Source: the human T2T-CHM13v2.0 reference genome, Homo sapiens
NCBI RefSeq assembly: GCF_009914755.1
Contig: NC_060929.1
Reading direction: 5' to 3' (one strand)
Length of the DNA: 64,000 nucleotides
Below, one piece after another: positions 40,936 through 54,880 of this stretch; position 1 is the stretch's first letter, and each line of letters opens with the position of its first letter. A program made the translations under genes and the position numbers. The notes under the pieces are model-generated. The model was not told the origin of the DNA and ran no database searches. It saw nothing but the letters and a program-made list of their open reading frames with translations.

Positions 40936-41128
40936 TTCTTTTTTCCTTTTTTTCAAATTTAAGTTTAATTTTTATTTTTTGTAGAGATACGGTCTTGCTC
41001 TGTTGCCCAGGCTGGAGTGTAGTGGCATGATCATAGCTCACTGCAGCCCCAAATACCTGGCCTCAAGTGATCCTCCTGCCGCAGCCTCCTGTGTAGCTGG
41101 GATTACAGGTGGCTTGGCTAACCCAGCC
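40936..41128 (-). mobile_element. Alu monomer (FRAM/AluJ-type)
   Basis: GTCTTGCTCTGTTGCCCAGGCTGGAGTGTAGTGGCATGATCATAGCTCACTGCAGCC; TSD TGAAATTCTT. Confidence 0.87.
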
Positions 41129-42293
41129 TGAAATTCTTAAAAGTGCTCCTCCTGCTTTCAGAATCAAGTTCAAACTCCTTCACCAAACATATTAAAGGCC
41201 TCTTTATCTGGTTCCTGTCCAGCTTTGCAGCCTCATTTCCTCCTGCTTTTCCAAAGGCACTCACTCTGTGCTTTTGCCATTCTGAACTGTTTCTTACCTC
41301 TAAACTAAACACACAATTCCCTATAATGGTCCCTCAGTGACCCACAGGGAAACCTGATCCCCTTCCCTGATACCATGCACACACCATAGGCAAAGTCCTT
41401 AAAACTTGCACCTTAGAATTACCTGAATATGATGCCTAGTCCTCACAGTTACTCTCTGGTTGGGAATGTTGTGCAAAGACCACGATTGCATGAGCTCACT
41501 TCTATGAGATGAAAGTAACATAACTGTTCCTGTTTTCTTTCCAGAGGATAATTTCCTGTCAGTGAAACTGATACTATCCTTTTAGAAATTATTTTCAGTT
41601 ATCTTCTATATCAACTGTGTAGCACAGGTTTCCCTTTTGGATGCATCAGGAAGCAAATCAGCATATTTCTGTTTAATACAAATTGATTGAAGTGATAAAT
41701 TCTAACTCTGTGTTTGAAGCTGCATTGTACCAGAACAGAAAAGTCCCAAAAGAATGGTGAGGTGAAAATTATCTGAAAAATGATATATAATTAAAATCAT
41801 TTATGAATGAGTCAGTGTAATCTGCATTCTGCTTGACATAAAGAGAAAATACCACATTCCTGGGAGGGAGGAGGGAGGTGAACGTCAATCTGTAAACTCC
41901 AAGCTGGAATAACAGAGGAAGAGCTATTGGAAGTGTAGATTCCAGTGCTGTGAACTCCCAGTTATAAGATCACTCTGTAAGCAGAATCTAAATAAGCTGA
42001 TTTACAAAGGAAAATAAAAGGTTTCAGAAAATATGGGGTATCTTAAAAAACCTCTTTGATAGTCATTTTCGGGCTTTCTTCCCTCAAAAATGAACTGATT
42101 TTTCAAATGACTATTTTCTTAATTGAATATGTTGGGAAAGATACATATTTTCTAGTTCTCAAGGAGGAGATGAAATTTCCAAATATCTGTTTCAGTTTCT
42201 AACAACTATTAAAATGTATAGGCTTTAATCTGAGAATATGTAGATGCATTTTATTTGAGTGGTCATATCAATTCTAATTTTAAAGGTCATTTG

Positions 42294-42454
42294 GGCCTGG
42301 GTGTGGTGGTGTACACCTGTAGTCCCAGCTGCTCGGAAGGCTGAGGCAGGAGGATCACATGAGCCCAGGAGTTCAAGGCTGTAGTGCACTTGATCACACC
42401 TTTGAATAGCCATTGCACTGCAGCCTGGCAACACAGTGAGATCCCATCTGTAAA
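42294..42454 (+). mobile_element. FAM (fossil Alu monomer)
   Basis: GCTGTAGTGCACTTGATCACACCTTTGAATAGCCATTGCACT is diagnostic of FAM. Confidence 0.85.
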
Positions 42455-42619
42455 GAGTTTTTTTTTTAAGTCATTTGAAACAAAGTTTGTTAAACTCCAT
42501 TGCCTCAAATCTACTTTTTGCACTTTATAAAGGTTATCTAAATTTCTAGACCTCGCTTTATAAATGACACATTACAAATACCCAAATCATGATAGCTCAG
42601 GTATACTGTTGGAATGTTT

Positions 42620-42728
42620 ATGGAAATTACTTTGCTGAGGTATGGGTAGGCCAGAGGAACCTGCATGTTAATAAGGGTCCCTTGTTCATTCTTGGATGGA
42701 GGGCCACAGGGTGAGCAACACTGCCCTA
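42620..42728. mobile_element. MER5-family hAT-Charlie fragment
   Basis: GAGGAACCTGCATGTTAATAAG...GAGGGCCACAGGGTGAGCAACACTGCCCTA. Confidence 0.5.
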
Positions 42729-43189
42729 AAATCTCCATCCTCTGAGGGCTCTTGAGGGTTCCCACTTACCTGTGCCGTGCACCTGGCTCCGGATCCTTCT
42801 GGCCACCCTCCAGTGTTGCGTGTGGTTGGCCTTGTAATGGACTGCCTGCGCCGCCCTGCCCTCAACCCCGCTGCCCACCACCTCCCAGATAAGGAGACTA
42901 TATTGCTGTTTCACACCTCCATCCTTCCAGAAAACAGGACTTCCTATGAATTCCTCTGAATTACCAACCCCCTCTACCTCTAGCGTGGAGAACAAGCTAT
43001 ACCTTTTGGCAAAACTTGCCTAAATGATCAGAAAACAGAAAAGAAGCAGAAGAGCTAGGTGCTTAGGATCTCCTAGTGAATGTCTTCTTTCTTTGATCCT
43101 TACATTTCCTTCTTTGATCCTTGCTTTGCTTTGCTTTTCTCTTTTCTTTTTTCTTTCTTTCTTTCTTTTTCTTTTTTTTTTTTTTTTCC

Positions 43190-43478
43190 AAGATGGGGTG
43201 TCTCTATGTTTCCCAAACTGGAGAGCAGTGGCTGTTCATAGGCGCAATCCCACTACTGATCAGCACAGGATTTTGATCTGCTCTGTTTCTGACCTGGGCT
43301 GGTTCTACCCTCCTTAGGCAACCTGGTGGTCCCCTGCTCCTGGGAGGTCACCATATTGGTGCTGAACTTAGTGTGGACGCCTGATCGTCATACAGCCCAG
43401 AACTTCTGGGCTCAAGCGATCCTCCTGTCTTGGCCTCCCAAGTAGCTGGGACTATGGGCACATGCCACCGTGCCTGGC
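43190..43478 (-). pseudogene. 7SL (SRP RNA) retropseudogene, near full length, with A-rich tail at ~43128-43187
   Basis: Contains the S-domain absent from Alu (ATCCCACTACTGATCAGCAC...CCTCCTTAGGCAACCTGGTGGTCCCC...GGGAGGTCACCATATTG); TSD ~CTTGCTTT. Confidence 0.95.
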
Positions 43479-43639
43479 CTTGCTTTTCATTTTTTTTATG
43501 AAATATGTTTTTTAATGAATAAAAAATTTTCCTAGGAGTGATTTTCCCAAAAGGGATACCCTGTCCCAGTGATTATCCAAGCCATTACCTTTTAGGAGCC
43601 TAGAATGGTTTATACTTGGTTGGTTGGTTGGTTTGTTTC

Positions 43640-44250
43640 AGAAGTAATATGTATTCAAGGAAACACCTCATACTTAAATAAAGGCTATAGGGTAAAGTAA
43701 AATAAAACAAATAAGACATCTTTCTCTTTTTCTACTTTACAGTTAAAAGTAGCTTCCCAGAAATTTCCTATGCATATTAAGGCATGCACGTTTCATACAT
43801 ATATGTACAAATAGGATCAAACTACTGTTTTTTGTGGACTCTTAAGATGCTATTTATTGGTACAGCCCAATTTCAAATATGTTAAAATATGAAATGATGT
43901 ACATTTTATAGTTGATGACATACAGAAAATTACTCTTTGGGACTCGCCTTTTTTCCACATTAAATACTTTGAACATCAGTTCATATTAGGAAGGAGAGAA
44001 ATCTACTTCATTCTTTTTCTTTCGTAGTATTCCATATTCTAAATCCATATTAAGATATGTATTCTGTATTCCAAGTCCACAAATATACTATGGTTTAAGA
44101 ATTCGCTTATTGTTGAACATTCTTGTTCTTTACTGATTTTTATGTTATAAATAATGCTGCAATAAACAACCACGTTTATATGTCATTACATACAAGCAAT
44201 TATATTTATAAGTTTCTGGAAGTGTAATTGCTGAGTCAGAAGGTGTACAT
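43640..44250 (-). mobile_element. Old L1ME fragments
   Basis: ATAAATAATGCTGCAATAAACA...TGGAAGTGTAATTGCTGAGTCAGAAGG. Confidence 0.55.
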
Positions 44251-44422
44251 ACAGTACTTTTTTTGTACAACTTAAAAAAATCTTTTGCTAGCTTCTGTGT
44301 TTTTCAGTGTTAGAAAGAACCAAACACACAAATGAGCAGCTTCTGCCAAGGTTCCTTGTAGAGAAAAATTTCTGGAAAGATGGATAGATGCATATAGTTA
44401 AGCATCTCTATGTATCCATTCA

Positions 44423-44597
44423 TACCATCGTGTTTCAATTCTAAGGTGCATATTTTTCATTTTTTAACAATTCTCAATTGGAGATATGTTGTATAATGCA
44501 GGTGCACAGATAATACTACAGTCTTTTCCCCAAAAAATTCTGCGTTAAATTGTGCATCTTACAACCAATGGTATTTTAGAATCATGGAAATGCAAGT
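44423..44597. mobile_element. MER104-like TcMar MITE
   Basis: TTCTAAGGTGCATATTTTTCATTTTTTAAC...GCATCTTACAACCAATGGTATTTTAGAATCATGGAAAT; degenerate terminal inverted symmetry. Confidence 0.6.
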
Positions 44598-45430
44598 GTA
44601 TTTTAGTAAGACTGTGTGTATATATGTATATGTCCTTCAAGATTTATTTGGAAATTATTCTAATTTAATAGTGAGAATGTAGTTTTAATTGTTTTCCCAT
44701 TGGAGCAATCTTGGAAACAAGCCAGAGTTTTGCAGACACCCCATGTTTATCAGTAGCTAGTACTGTCCTTTGGAGTCTGCACATGTGATTTAAAAGCCAG
44801 CCTTCATTTGCTAAAGAGCCTCATTGCAAGGAAAAATCAAATCACAAACAGCACCTTGAAAAATACTAATATCATGTTACTTAGAGAAGTTAGAAGTTTA
44901 TTCTAACCCCTGTAATTTACAGATGAGCAAACTTCTTGTGGTGCAACATGTGGCATTTTGCACCTCTTGCCCAACTGATAATTGATATTAAAATAATATT
45001 ATTAGATAAATATTACAGGAAGGCACACTAGTTGTGAACTGATAGCGTTCTTGCAAATGACAGCATTCCCTCTTTCCTGCAGGTTTTCCAGAAGTCTGCC
45101 GCCTGTGAACTCTCCTAGGGGAATCTGTATCATTTCCCAAGGGCTTGGTGTTGGCAAGTTTTGTCCCTCACATCTGTTTCTCTCTTTCTGTTTAATTAGC
45201 TTTGAAATCTATATTTTTCTCTCTTCTACGTTTCCCACCTTTTTTTTTTTTTTTTTTTGGTTTCCCAGCTGTGTGTGCAGTGCATCATGTAGGCTGTGCC
45301 TTCCTGCCTCTTGGCACTGAAAGGTTTCCATTGCATCAGGGTTGGCCTTGGGAGGAGGTCTTAAACAGTTGGCACTTAATAAATGGTCTTGACTGTATAA
45401 GCTTTTTTGGTCTTTCTTAAGACCATTCTA

Positions 45431-45720
45431 GGCTGGGCACAGTGGCTCATGCCTGTAATCCACCACTTTGGGAGGCCGAGGCGGGTAGATCACGAGGTCA
45501 GGAGTTGAAGACCAGCCTTTCAGGACGGTGAAACCCCATCTCTACTAAAACTACAAAAATTAGCCAGGTGCAGTGGCAGGTGCCTGTAATCCCAGCTACT
45601 CGGGAGGCTGAGGCAGGAGAATCTTTTGAACCCAGGTGGCAGAGTGAGCCAAGATTGTGCCACTGCACTCCAGCCTGGGTTGCAGAGTGAGACTACATCT
45701 CAAAAAAAAAAAAAAAAAAA
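45431..45720 (+). mobile_element. AluS with a small deletion in the right arm
   Basis: Dimer plus poly(A); TSD AAGACCATTCT. Confidence 0.95.
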
Positions 45721-46219
45721 AGACCATTCTGATATTGCACTGGAAGAGCATCTGAGCCAGCGTGCTCCTTGTTGCTCCATTTGACTCATGCTCTCTCCAG
45801 TTATCTATCATAGCCTGGTAAAAAGGCAAAAGCAGTTGTGCATGTATGTGATAAAATTGCTAAACTGTTTCTTGTTAACTGTCAAGTGGCATTGAAGGAG
45901 ACAGTTATTTACATTTTCAGTTGCTTTTTGTGAAATACAAAGATCAAAGACCTTTACTGCAGTTTCCTCCTCTACTCAAACCACAACTTCCTTCCTCTGT
46001 GTTAAAAGCCTCTGCAACATGCATTGGTATTCTACTTTCTCACCTTCAGTGACAAATAATAATTTTATTGTGCCAAGATGAAATGTGGTCACTTGAGGGC
46101 TTTTCTGTGGGTGCCTCTGCATCTCTGAATGGACACCTTTGGAAGACACTTACCATACTTTCAGCAGCATTTTTAGTTTTTATTTGTTAAAGGAAAAAAA
46201 GACTGTAGAAGTGTTCCTG

Positions 46220-46645
46220 ACTAGATTTCAATCCTTTTTTGGTTTCTGGACCCTTTTGAGAATCTGATGAAAGCTTGAGGGTGGTGATGCTTGTCACAGG
46301 GGCAGCTGCCACAGGGGCAGCTGTGGCTCGCTCCAGCACATTCTCCAAAAGGGATTCCCTTTCAACAGTTGTTTAAATAAGATGGCAAGAAGATGGCTCT
46401 CAAGACTATAATGAAAAGATAACAATAGAGGAAATGGCAGAAGAGCAGGGTGGGTAGTTCTGCACGTGATCGAAGCATCGGTGTTCAGACTATGGGAGGA
46501 GCAGGGGAGGCAATGTGGGAGCATTCAGAGTGACTCCCCACTCACAAAAGACACATCACCCCAGTCTCAGGACATTCTGATAACCCCAAAGCCCATCTAG
46601 GGGCTGCTAGGGAGTCTGTGGGCCTCAGGTTGGAAAATTCTGCTC
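46220..46645. mobile_element. MER117-like hAT-Charlie ends surrounding ~260 bp of unassigned sequence
   Basis: GGACCCTTTTGAGAATCTGATGAAAGCT at left; AAAGCCCATCT...CCTCAGGTTGGAAAATTCTG at right. Confidence 0.5.
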
Positions 46646-46669
46646 TTGTCTTATTGGCATTTAACATGC

Positions 46670-46890
46670 GGGCTCAAGAAGTCTGGGGCGGACCATTACC
46701 TGAATTTCAGCTCTAATGCTTCCCAAGCGTGAGGCTTTGGCTAGTCAAGTCATTTGCTTCTTTAAGCCACTGTTTTCCCACTGAAAATGGGAAGAAATAA
46801 AACCAGACACACAGGACTGTGGAGGGCCAACTGGGATGACCTGAATAAAACATCTGGCACATTGTCACTTAGTAGGATCTCAAAAAGTGG
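46670..46890 (+). mobile_element. MIR SINE
   Basis: CAAGTCATTTGCTTCTTTAAGCCACTGTTTTCCCACTGAAAATGGG. Confidence 0.7.
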
Positions 46891-47399
46891 CTGTTCTTTT
46901 CCCTTCTTCTGTCCATCTTTGATTTCTTTTATGGGGAGAGGTTTTCTTCCCCAAGGAGATGGTTTTTAGAGCTGTGGAAATCAGCTACATTGAGGCTAAT
47001 TGTATCTGTCAGAACTCAGATGCATTTGCTGATGTAGAGGTTAGGAAACAGATGTCACTCTTTCGCTCCCTCGACTCCCTCCACAAGATGAGGTACTACG
47101 GCTGGTAGACACTGGGCTGAGGCTAGAAACATGGTAAGGTCGTCCTGGGAGAGCCCTGAGTGGAGGGAATTCTGTGCTAATTCCCAGAAATTGAACTTCT
47201 CCTAGGACAGTTACCCCAGCAGGGATACTTCGCTGGAGAAGGCCAAAGGCTGTAGGCCAAGGCAGCGCCCACTGGAGGACTACAGGGCACCTCTCACGGT
47301 AGGGACAAGGAAGAAGATCTCAGAAAACTTTGAGAGGAGAGAGAGCGAAACCTGGTCTGGGCCAAAGCCTAGTCCTGAAGGCTTATTAAAATGCTTTGA

Positions 47400-47698
<299 letters not shown>

Positions 47699-47851
47699 AC
47701 ATTTCTCTGAGAGCAGGGGTTGGCCCTTCTCTCCCCTGTCTGGTCCCCTTCTCCTTCCCCATACTCTTAAAACCTACTTAAGAGTTTTCAAACAAAAGCA
47801 TTATACTCCAAAGCCTTAAATATTCCTAGCTTTGTTTTGGTGTTCATTTTA

Positions 47852-48170
47852 TCTGTTTTTTGTTTGTTTTGTTTTGTTTTATTTTTTGAGACAAGGTCTT
47901 GCTCTGTTGCCTAGGCTGGAGTGCAATGGCATGATTATACCTCACTGCAGCCTCAACCTCCTGGCCTTGAGCGATCCTCCCACTTCAGCCCCCAGTGTAG
48001 TTGGGACTATAGGTACAGATCACCACACCTGGCTAATTTTTAAAATTTTTCATAGACATGGGGTCTTGCTATGATGCCCAAGCTGGTCTTGAACCCTTGG
48101 GCTCAAGTGATCTTCCTGCCTTGGCCTCCCAAAGTGCTGAGATTACAGGCATGAGTTACTGTGCCCGGCC
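47852..48170 (-). mobile_element. AluJ
   Basis: CACTGCAGCCTCAACCTCC / GGGCTCAAGTGATC J-type diagnostics; TSD TTGGTGTTCATTTTA (47837-47851, 48171-48185). Confidence 0.95.
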
Positions 48171-48256
48171 TTGGTGTTCATTTTAAAGGAAACAAAAGGT
48201 TGAAATGGCACTGTGAATTTTGAACAGTCAAATAAATATTAAAAACCCAATGAATG

Positions 48257-48708
<452 letters not shown>

Positions 48709-49064
48709 TTAAGCAGAGGAATGAAAGTATCCATAGACCTGTGGTGCTTAACAGCCTAAATGTTCATCAAATTTAACCAAACCTAGTTTAACTAAGGTTA
48801 ACTTTGTTGCAGTACTACCACAGGATGGACTAGTGTGGAACCATGACAGAAAGAAAAAAGAGCTTTATATATTGACTATGAAAGATACACTATAGTATTA
48901 ACTTTTAAACTAATGTATATAATATGGTCCTGTTTAAGTAAGAAAGAAGGTGGTAGGGCAAAGGATAGGCATGCTTATTTGGTATTTAAAACTTTGGAAA
49001 AAAAAATAACCAAATTATTATCTGGGATTCTAGCTGGGAATGGATTGGGGAGGAGTCTGGTTTG

Positions 49065-49272
49065 ACACAGCAGTTTGAGCCAGGGTTTGGAAACAGAGCT
49101 GGATTCAAATTCTGACTCTGCTCTTTCTGCTATTGTAACTTGGCAATTTGCTTAACTACTTTCTTACGTAAAATGGAACTCATCAAAGCACTGACCTCAT
49201 ATCACGAGGATGAAAATAAGATTAAAAAATACTTAGTTCAATGCCTGGCTCATAGTAAGTGGTAAGTGCTCA
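49065..49272 (+). mobile_element. MIR SINE
   Basis: GGATTCAAATTCTGACTCTGC...TGCCTGGCTCATAGTAAG. Confidence 0.7.
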
Positions 49273-49469
49273 CCATATTTTAATTTTTACATAGAACATG
49301 TCTTACTTTTTCATTAGAAAAAAAGAAAATAGAGTTATTTCAGTGGGAAGTAGTGGTTGAGGTTAAGAGGCTTAATGACATACACCGGGACTCAAATGAC
49401 ACCGCCAAAGGGGGCACATTTGTTTAAAGGGAAGAGTGTGAACTTGTAAAGTTTAGGAAATAAGAATGT

Positions 49470-49620
49470 AGCTGGGCTCGGTGGCTCACGTGTGAAATCC
49501 CAGCACACTGGGAGGCCAAGGCAGGGTGGATCCCTTGAGCTCAGGATTTCGAGACTACCCTGAGCAATATGGTGAAACCCTGTCCCTGCAAAAAATACAA
49601 AAAAAAAAAAAAAAAAAAAA
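49470..49620 (+). mobile_element. Alu left arm only, ending in the A5TACA linker extended as poly(A)
   Basis: GCTGGGCTCGGTGGCTCACG...AAACCCTGTCCCTGCAAAAAATACAAAA(n). Confidence 0.9.
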
Positions 49621-50899
49621 GAATATGAAGATCTACATTCAGAAGGAAAATGTTGGGTAACTACAGTGAAAGAATACCAAAGGGCAGAGGTTAGCTCTCA
49701 GATCATGCAGAATAGGCAAATGTGGTAATTAAAAGTTCTGTAGATTCTGAATAGAATGTACATTTTTAAAAGGGAAAATGAAGTTCACTAGGATAATCTG
49801 TACTTGGGAAAATAGGCTATCTAATAAAAACCGGGACAAATACTTGTTTTGATTATTATTATAATCCTTACTTGGCTTAATATTAAGAAGGGTTAAATTA
49901 TATTAAAAGAACCTCAATGAAGATGGGGAAGAATTACACTGAGAAGATATTATATGCAGTGAAAATGGTTGACAGTGCTTCAGAAATTTCCAGAACAATT
50001 GGGTAAGAGTGGTCAGCTTCGTATTTGTCATTTTTGTTATAGATAATTAGTTCAAAGCCAAGAATCTATATTTGAGTTCAAGACTACTTAACAGCTCCAA
50101 AGAAAATTCTTCTGCTTATTTTAAAAGCCCACTTTTTGAAATCTGCCACAAGCTCAAAGGAGTTTTACAGAAACCTTAAAGGTACTTGGAAGTCTGAGGG
50201 CACTCAGCTTGTAATGAAACATGAGGCTTTGGGGGCCAGGGTGGAGGGAGAGAAGGAAGGGGAGTAGGTTTTGCTTTCACTTTCTTGAGACCACCATTGC
50301 CAGAGCTGCCAAACCCCCAAATCCAGAGATGTTATACTGTTCCTAAGGGTCTCATAATAGGCACGGGCTTTGACATTTTCTTTTATTTTAAAGATGCCCT
50401 ACAACAGGGAAGATATGCATTTGCTAAAGTTTAGTACTTGCCAAAATATGATAGCCTCCTTTTTAACAAATGATGTTTATTAATAGAATTGTCAGTACCT
50501 TTAATAATTTCATGGAAGTACAAATTATGTGTGCTTATTTTAAATTCTGGGACTGGTATGTTGTGAAGCAGCCTTAAGATGGAATGCTTTTATTTGGTAC
50601 ATATAAACATAATGTGATCCTTGTGCTTAAGAAGTTTATACACTAGCTGGAGCAACAAGGCTCAAGCACATGAAACATTTTGCATCTCACTTAGCTTTTG
50701 AATTAAGTGCTAAAGTGTATGCTGCTGACCAATTCATTTATTCAGCAAATATTAAAGTGCTTATTATTCACTAGGCATTCATGTGTGGGTTTTGAGGTTA
50801 AAGGGACAAACAAAATTAAGTTAGTTTTCCTTGCTATAGACAGAGTAAATGCAACTAGCATAAAATCTAGTAGAGGCAGCATAATTACTGGTTAAGAAT

Positions 50900-51058
50900 G
50901 ACCTGTGTCATGACACATGCCTGGCATTACAATCCCAGCTACTTGGGTGGCTGAGGCAGGAGGATTACTTGAGCCCAGGAATTCGCATCTAGCCTAGGCA
51001 ATATAGCGAGATGCTGTCTCTAAAAACAAACAAACAAACAAACAAACAAACAAAAAAA
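50900..51058 (+). mobile_element. FLAM-type Alu monomer with (AAAC)n tail
   Basis: GGCTGAGGCAGGAGGATTACTTGAGCCCAGG...CTAAAAACAAACAAAC. Confidence 0.85.
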
Positions 51059-51499
51059 CCATGTCTGTCGTCTGTTTTGTTCATTTGTGAATCTCCAGCA
51101 CATGGGACAGGGTCTGGCCAGTGGTAAGCACTCAGTATTAGTTGCTGACTGAATAAATGCTGATAGAAATAGTCCCTGTCCTCTTGGAACTTACAAACTA
51201 GTGGTAAGACCAGGTTTTCCCGGATATGTTCATATGTTCTGTGAAATGTTTCCTCTCTCTGTCATATACACATGCACACACACACAAAAACAGACAGATT
51301 CAAAGACATACACGGTGCCCTGTGGTCTTGTTGATGGAGTCTGGAACAAAATTTGTGTATCATGCATCCTCTCCATATCCACAAACTTTTCTTCTAACCT
51401 TGTCCAACCCAAATCAGTAAGAACTTGAAACACTCACAGGTGGTAGAGTTGAGTTCATATCACTGATTGGGATTTGTTTTTTTGTTTTTGAGAACCAGA

Positions 51500-52233
<734 letters not shown>

Positions 52234-53008
52234 TAAGTTACTGATAATTCTTATTCCTGAAATGGGAGAAGAATCCTTATTATGTGTGTATGCATGTGTG
52301 TGTCTCCTTACTTTTTTCTTATCAAAAAAACAACAGACAATGTGTGTTGGCATAACCAGTAGATTGGCACACATTTGATGAGAATACTGTAGCCACAGTC
52401 TAGCTCCCAGGGGAACAGTGCCTTTCAGGGGCAGTGCTGTGCCACTGTCTGCAGAAGTTGGAGTCAGGCCCAGTGTTGTTGAACACACTGAGGAAGCTGG
52501 CAGAAGACCCCGAGGTGTAATGGACAGGAGGGAAGCATGTGGGCTGTTCATGACCTTGGAGCTTTTTTACAGGAATCAAGCTTTGCTGTCAGCTCCTGAC
52601 AGGTTCCTGGTAGTGTCGTCTATCTGAAGATGAACCCCACCTCCACCACCCACACACACAGAAGTCTTGATTGCAGTTCCTGTGTGGGTCCTCTGGGTGT
52701 CTTCACACACACAGATTTGTTTATTATTTTAAATGAACTTGGCATTTCTCTGAGGCTGGTTTAATGGTGCCCATTAAAGAGATGGCAGCTCCAGAGTTTC
52801 TTCATTGTAGAGCTGGCATTTTACCATGTGAGGAAGTAATTCTGTCTTCCTACCTGTGAGGCTTATTTTCTAAATCTCCAAAACTGGAGTGTTTTTAGTT
52901 GCAATGTTAAAGCTGAAATAAATTTTTATGCACTAGTTCCTGTTCACCTAAAAGGGTAAAGAACTTTGCAGATTAGAACTACAGTTGACCTTTTTCTAGT
53001 TCTTCCAC

Positions 53009-53307
53009 TTTTTTTTTTTTTTTTTTGAGACAGGATCTTCCTGTGTCACCCAGGCTGAAGTGCAGTGGTGAGATCATAGCTCACTGCAGCCTCTAACTCC
53101 TGGGCTCAAGCGATCCTCCCACCTCAGTCTCCTGAGTAGCTGGAACCACAGGTATGTGTCACCATGCCCAGCTAAGTTTCATATTTTTTGTAAGAAACGG
53201 TTTCGCCATGTTGCCTAGGCTCTTTTCGAACCCCTGGGTTCAAGTGATCCTCGCATCTCGACCTCCCAAAGTGCTAGGATTACAGGCGTGAGCCGTCACA
53301 CCTGGCC
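53009..53307 (-). mobile_element. AluJ
   Basis: GATCATAGCTCACTGCAGCCTC...TGGGCTCAAGCGATCCTCCC; poly(T). Confidence 0.94.
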
Positions 53308-53451
53308 TTCTCCACTTCTTTCTATGTCCCCTAATCATGTTGATTCTGGTACCAAGATAAAGAAGACCCTAGTGTGGAGAGATACAATGCATTTTTGAGT
53401 TGGGTTAAATTGATTAAATGACTTACTTGATGGTATTGATAAACTCTAAGG

Positions 53452-53622
53452 CAGAGATTCTCACACTTGGCTGCACATTAGAATCTCTTTCAAAAATCCA
53501 GGTGCCTCAGGCCTACTCCAGACTAATTAAGTCAAAATCTCTGAGGGTGAGACTCAGGTATCAGTATTTTTAAAACCTCCTCAGATGCTTCCAACATGTA
53601 GCCAATTTAAGAACCAGTGCTC
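53452..53622. mobile_element. MER5A hAT-Charlie MITE
   Basis: TTCTCACACTTGGCTGCACATTAGAATC...TCAGTATTTTTAAAACCTCC...TTAAGAACCAGTG. Confidence 0.8.
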
Positions 53623-53627
53623 GAGAA

Positions 53628-53840
53628 CATGGCTCTCAACTGGGGGCAGTTTTGCCCTGCCCGCAAGAGACATTTGGTAATATCCAAAGACAATTTTAGC
53701 AAACTGGGAGGGGTTTGCTGCTGGTATCTAGTGGGTAGAAGACAGAGATGCTTCAAAGCATCCCACAATGCACCCAAAAGCTCCCCATAACAATTATGTG
53801 GGCCAAAATATCAGTAGAACCAAGGCTGAGAAACAATGTT
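53628..53840. mobile_element. MER20 hAT-Charlie element
   Basis: TCTCAACTGGGGGCAGTTTTGCCC...GACATTTGG...TGGTATCTAGTGGGTAGA...CAAGGCTGAGAAAC. Confidence 0.85.
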
Positions 53841-54385
53841 CTAGAAAAATCAGGCTGAAGAAATGCCAGAGCAATGTATATGCCTGTTGTGAGGAAATAA
53901 TAGCATGTAGAACTTTACATTTTTAGCCACCCGGCAAGATAATAAAAAGGAAGTAGTTTTGCCTCTGCCCTTTGAGCCTCTTCTGCGTCTGCCATCATGG
54001 AGGCCTGTCCTTGTGGCTGGTGCACCTCCTGGTTCCGATTTCTTGGGTAGGACTTCTTCCTGTAGTCCATAAATTTATTGTACTTGAATGGCTTGGAAGA
54101 AGACCCAAGTTAAGAACATTAAACCAATAGAAATTAGCCAAAATAAATAATTTTTAAATATGCTTTTAAATTGTTTGGCCTGATATAAAGTTTTCTAAAA
54201 TTACAGAATGAACCATTTGAAAGTGATTATATAAGAAATTATATAAGAAATCTGATTCTATGTGCTGTAGAGACTTTTTATTCTTTCTTCCTTTTGATTA
54301 GATAAGGGGAGGCTAAGAAAGGCATTTTTTAATTGTATCAAAATCAGTTTTCTTTAATTTTGAGATATTCAGGATGCTTTCATAG

Positions 54386-54745
<360 letters not shown>

Positions 54746-54880
54746 CTACCTTATATAGTTGATATCATGATCTTTATTTCCTTTGGACACATCCACTTTT
54801 CCAGAGTGTGGGACACATAAAAGATCTTCGTCATAAATAAGTTGTGTTTTTTTCTTGTATGCAGTTGTCAAATTTAGTCT

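Noticed and set aside
54227-54250. TTATATAAGAAA x2 and similar 10-14 bp duplications (e.g. ~43089-43122)
   Set aside because: Ordinary slippage duplications with no further structure
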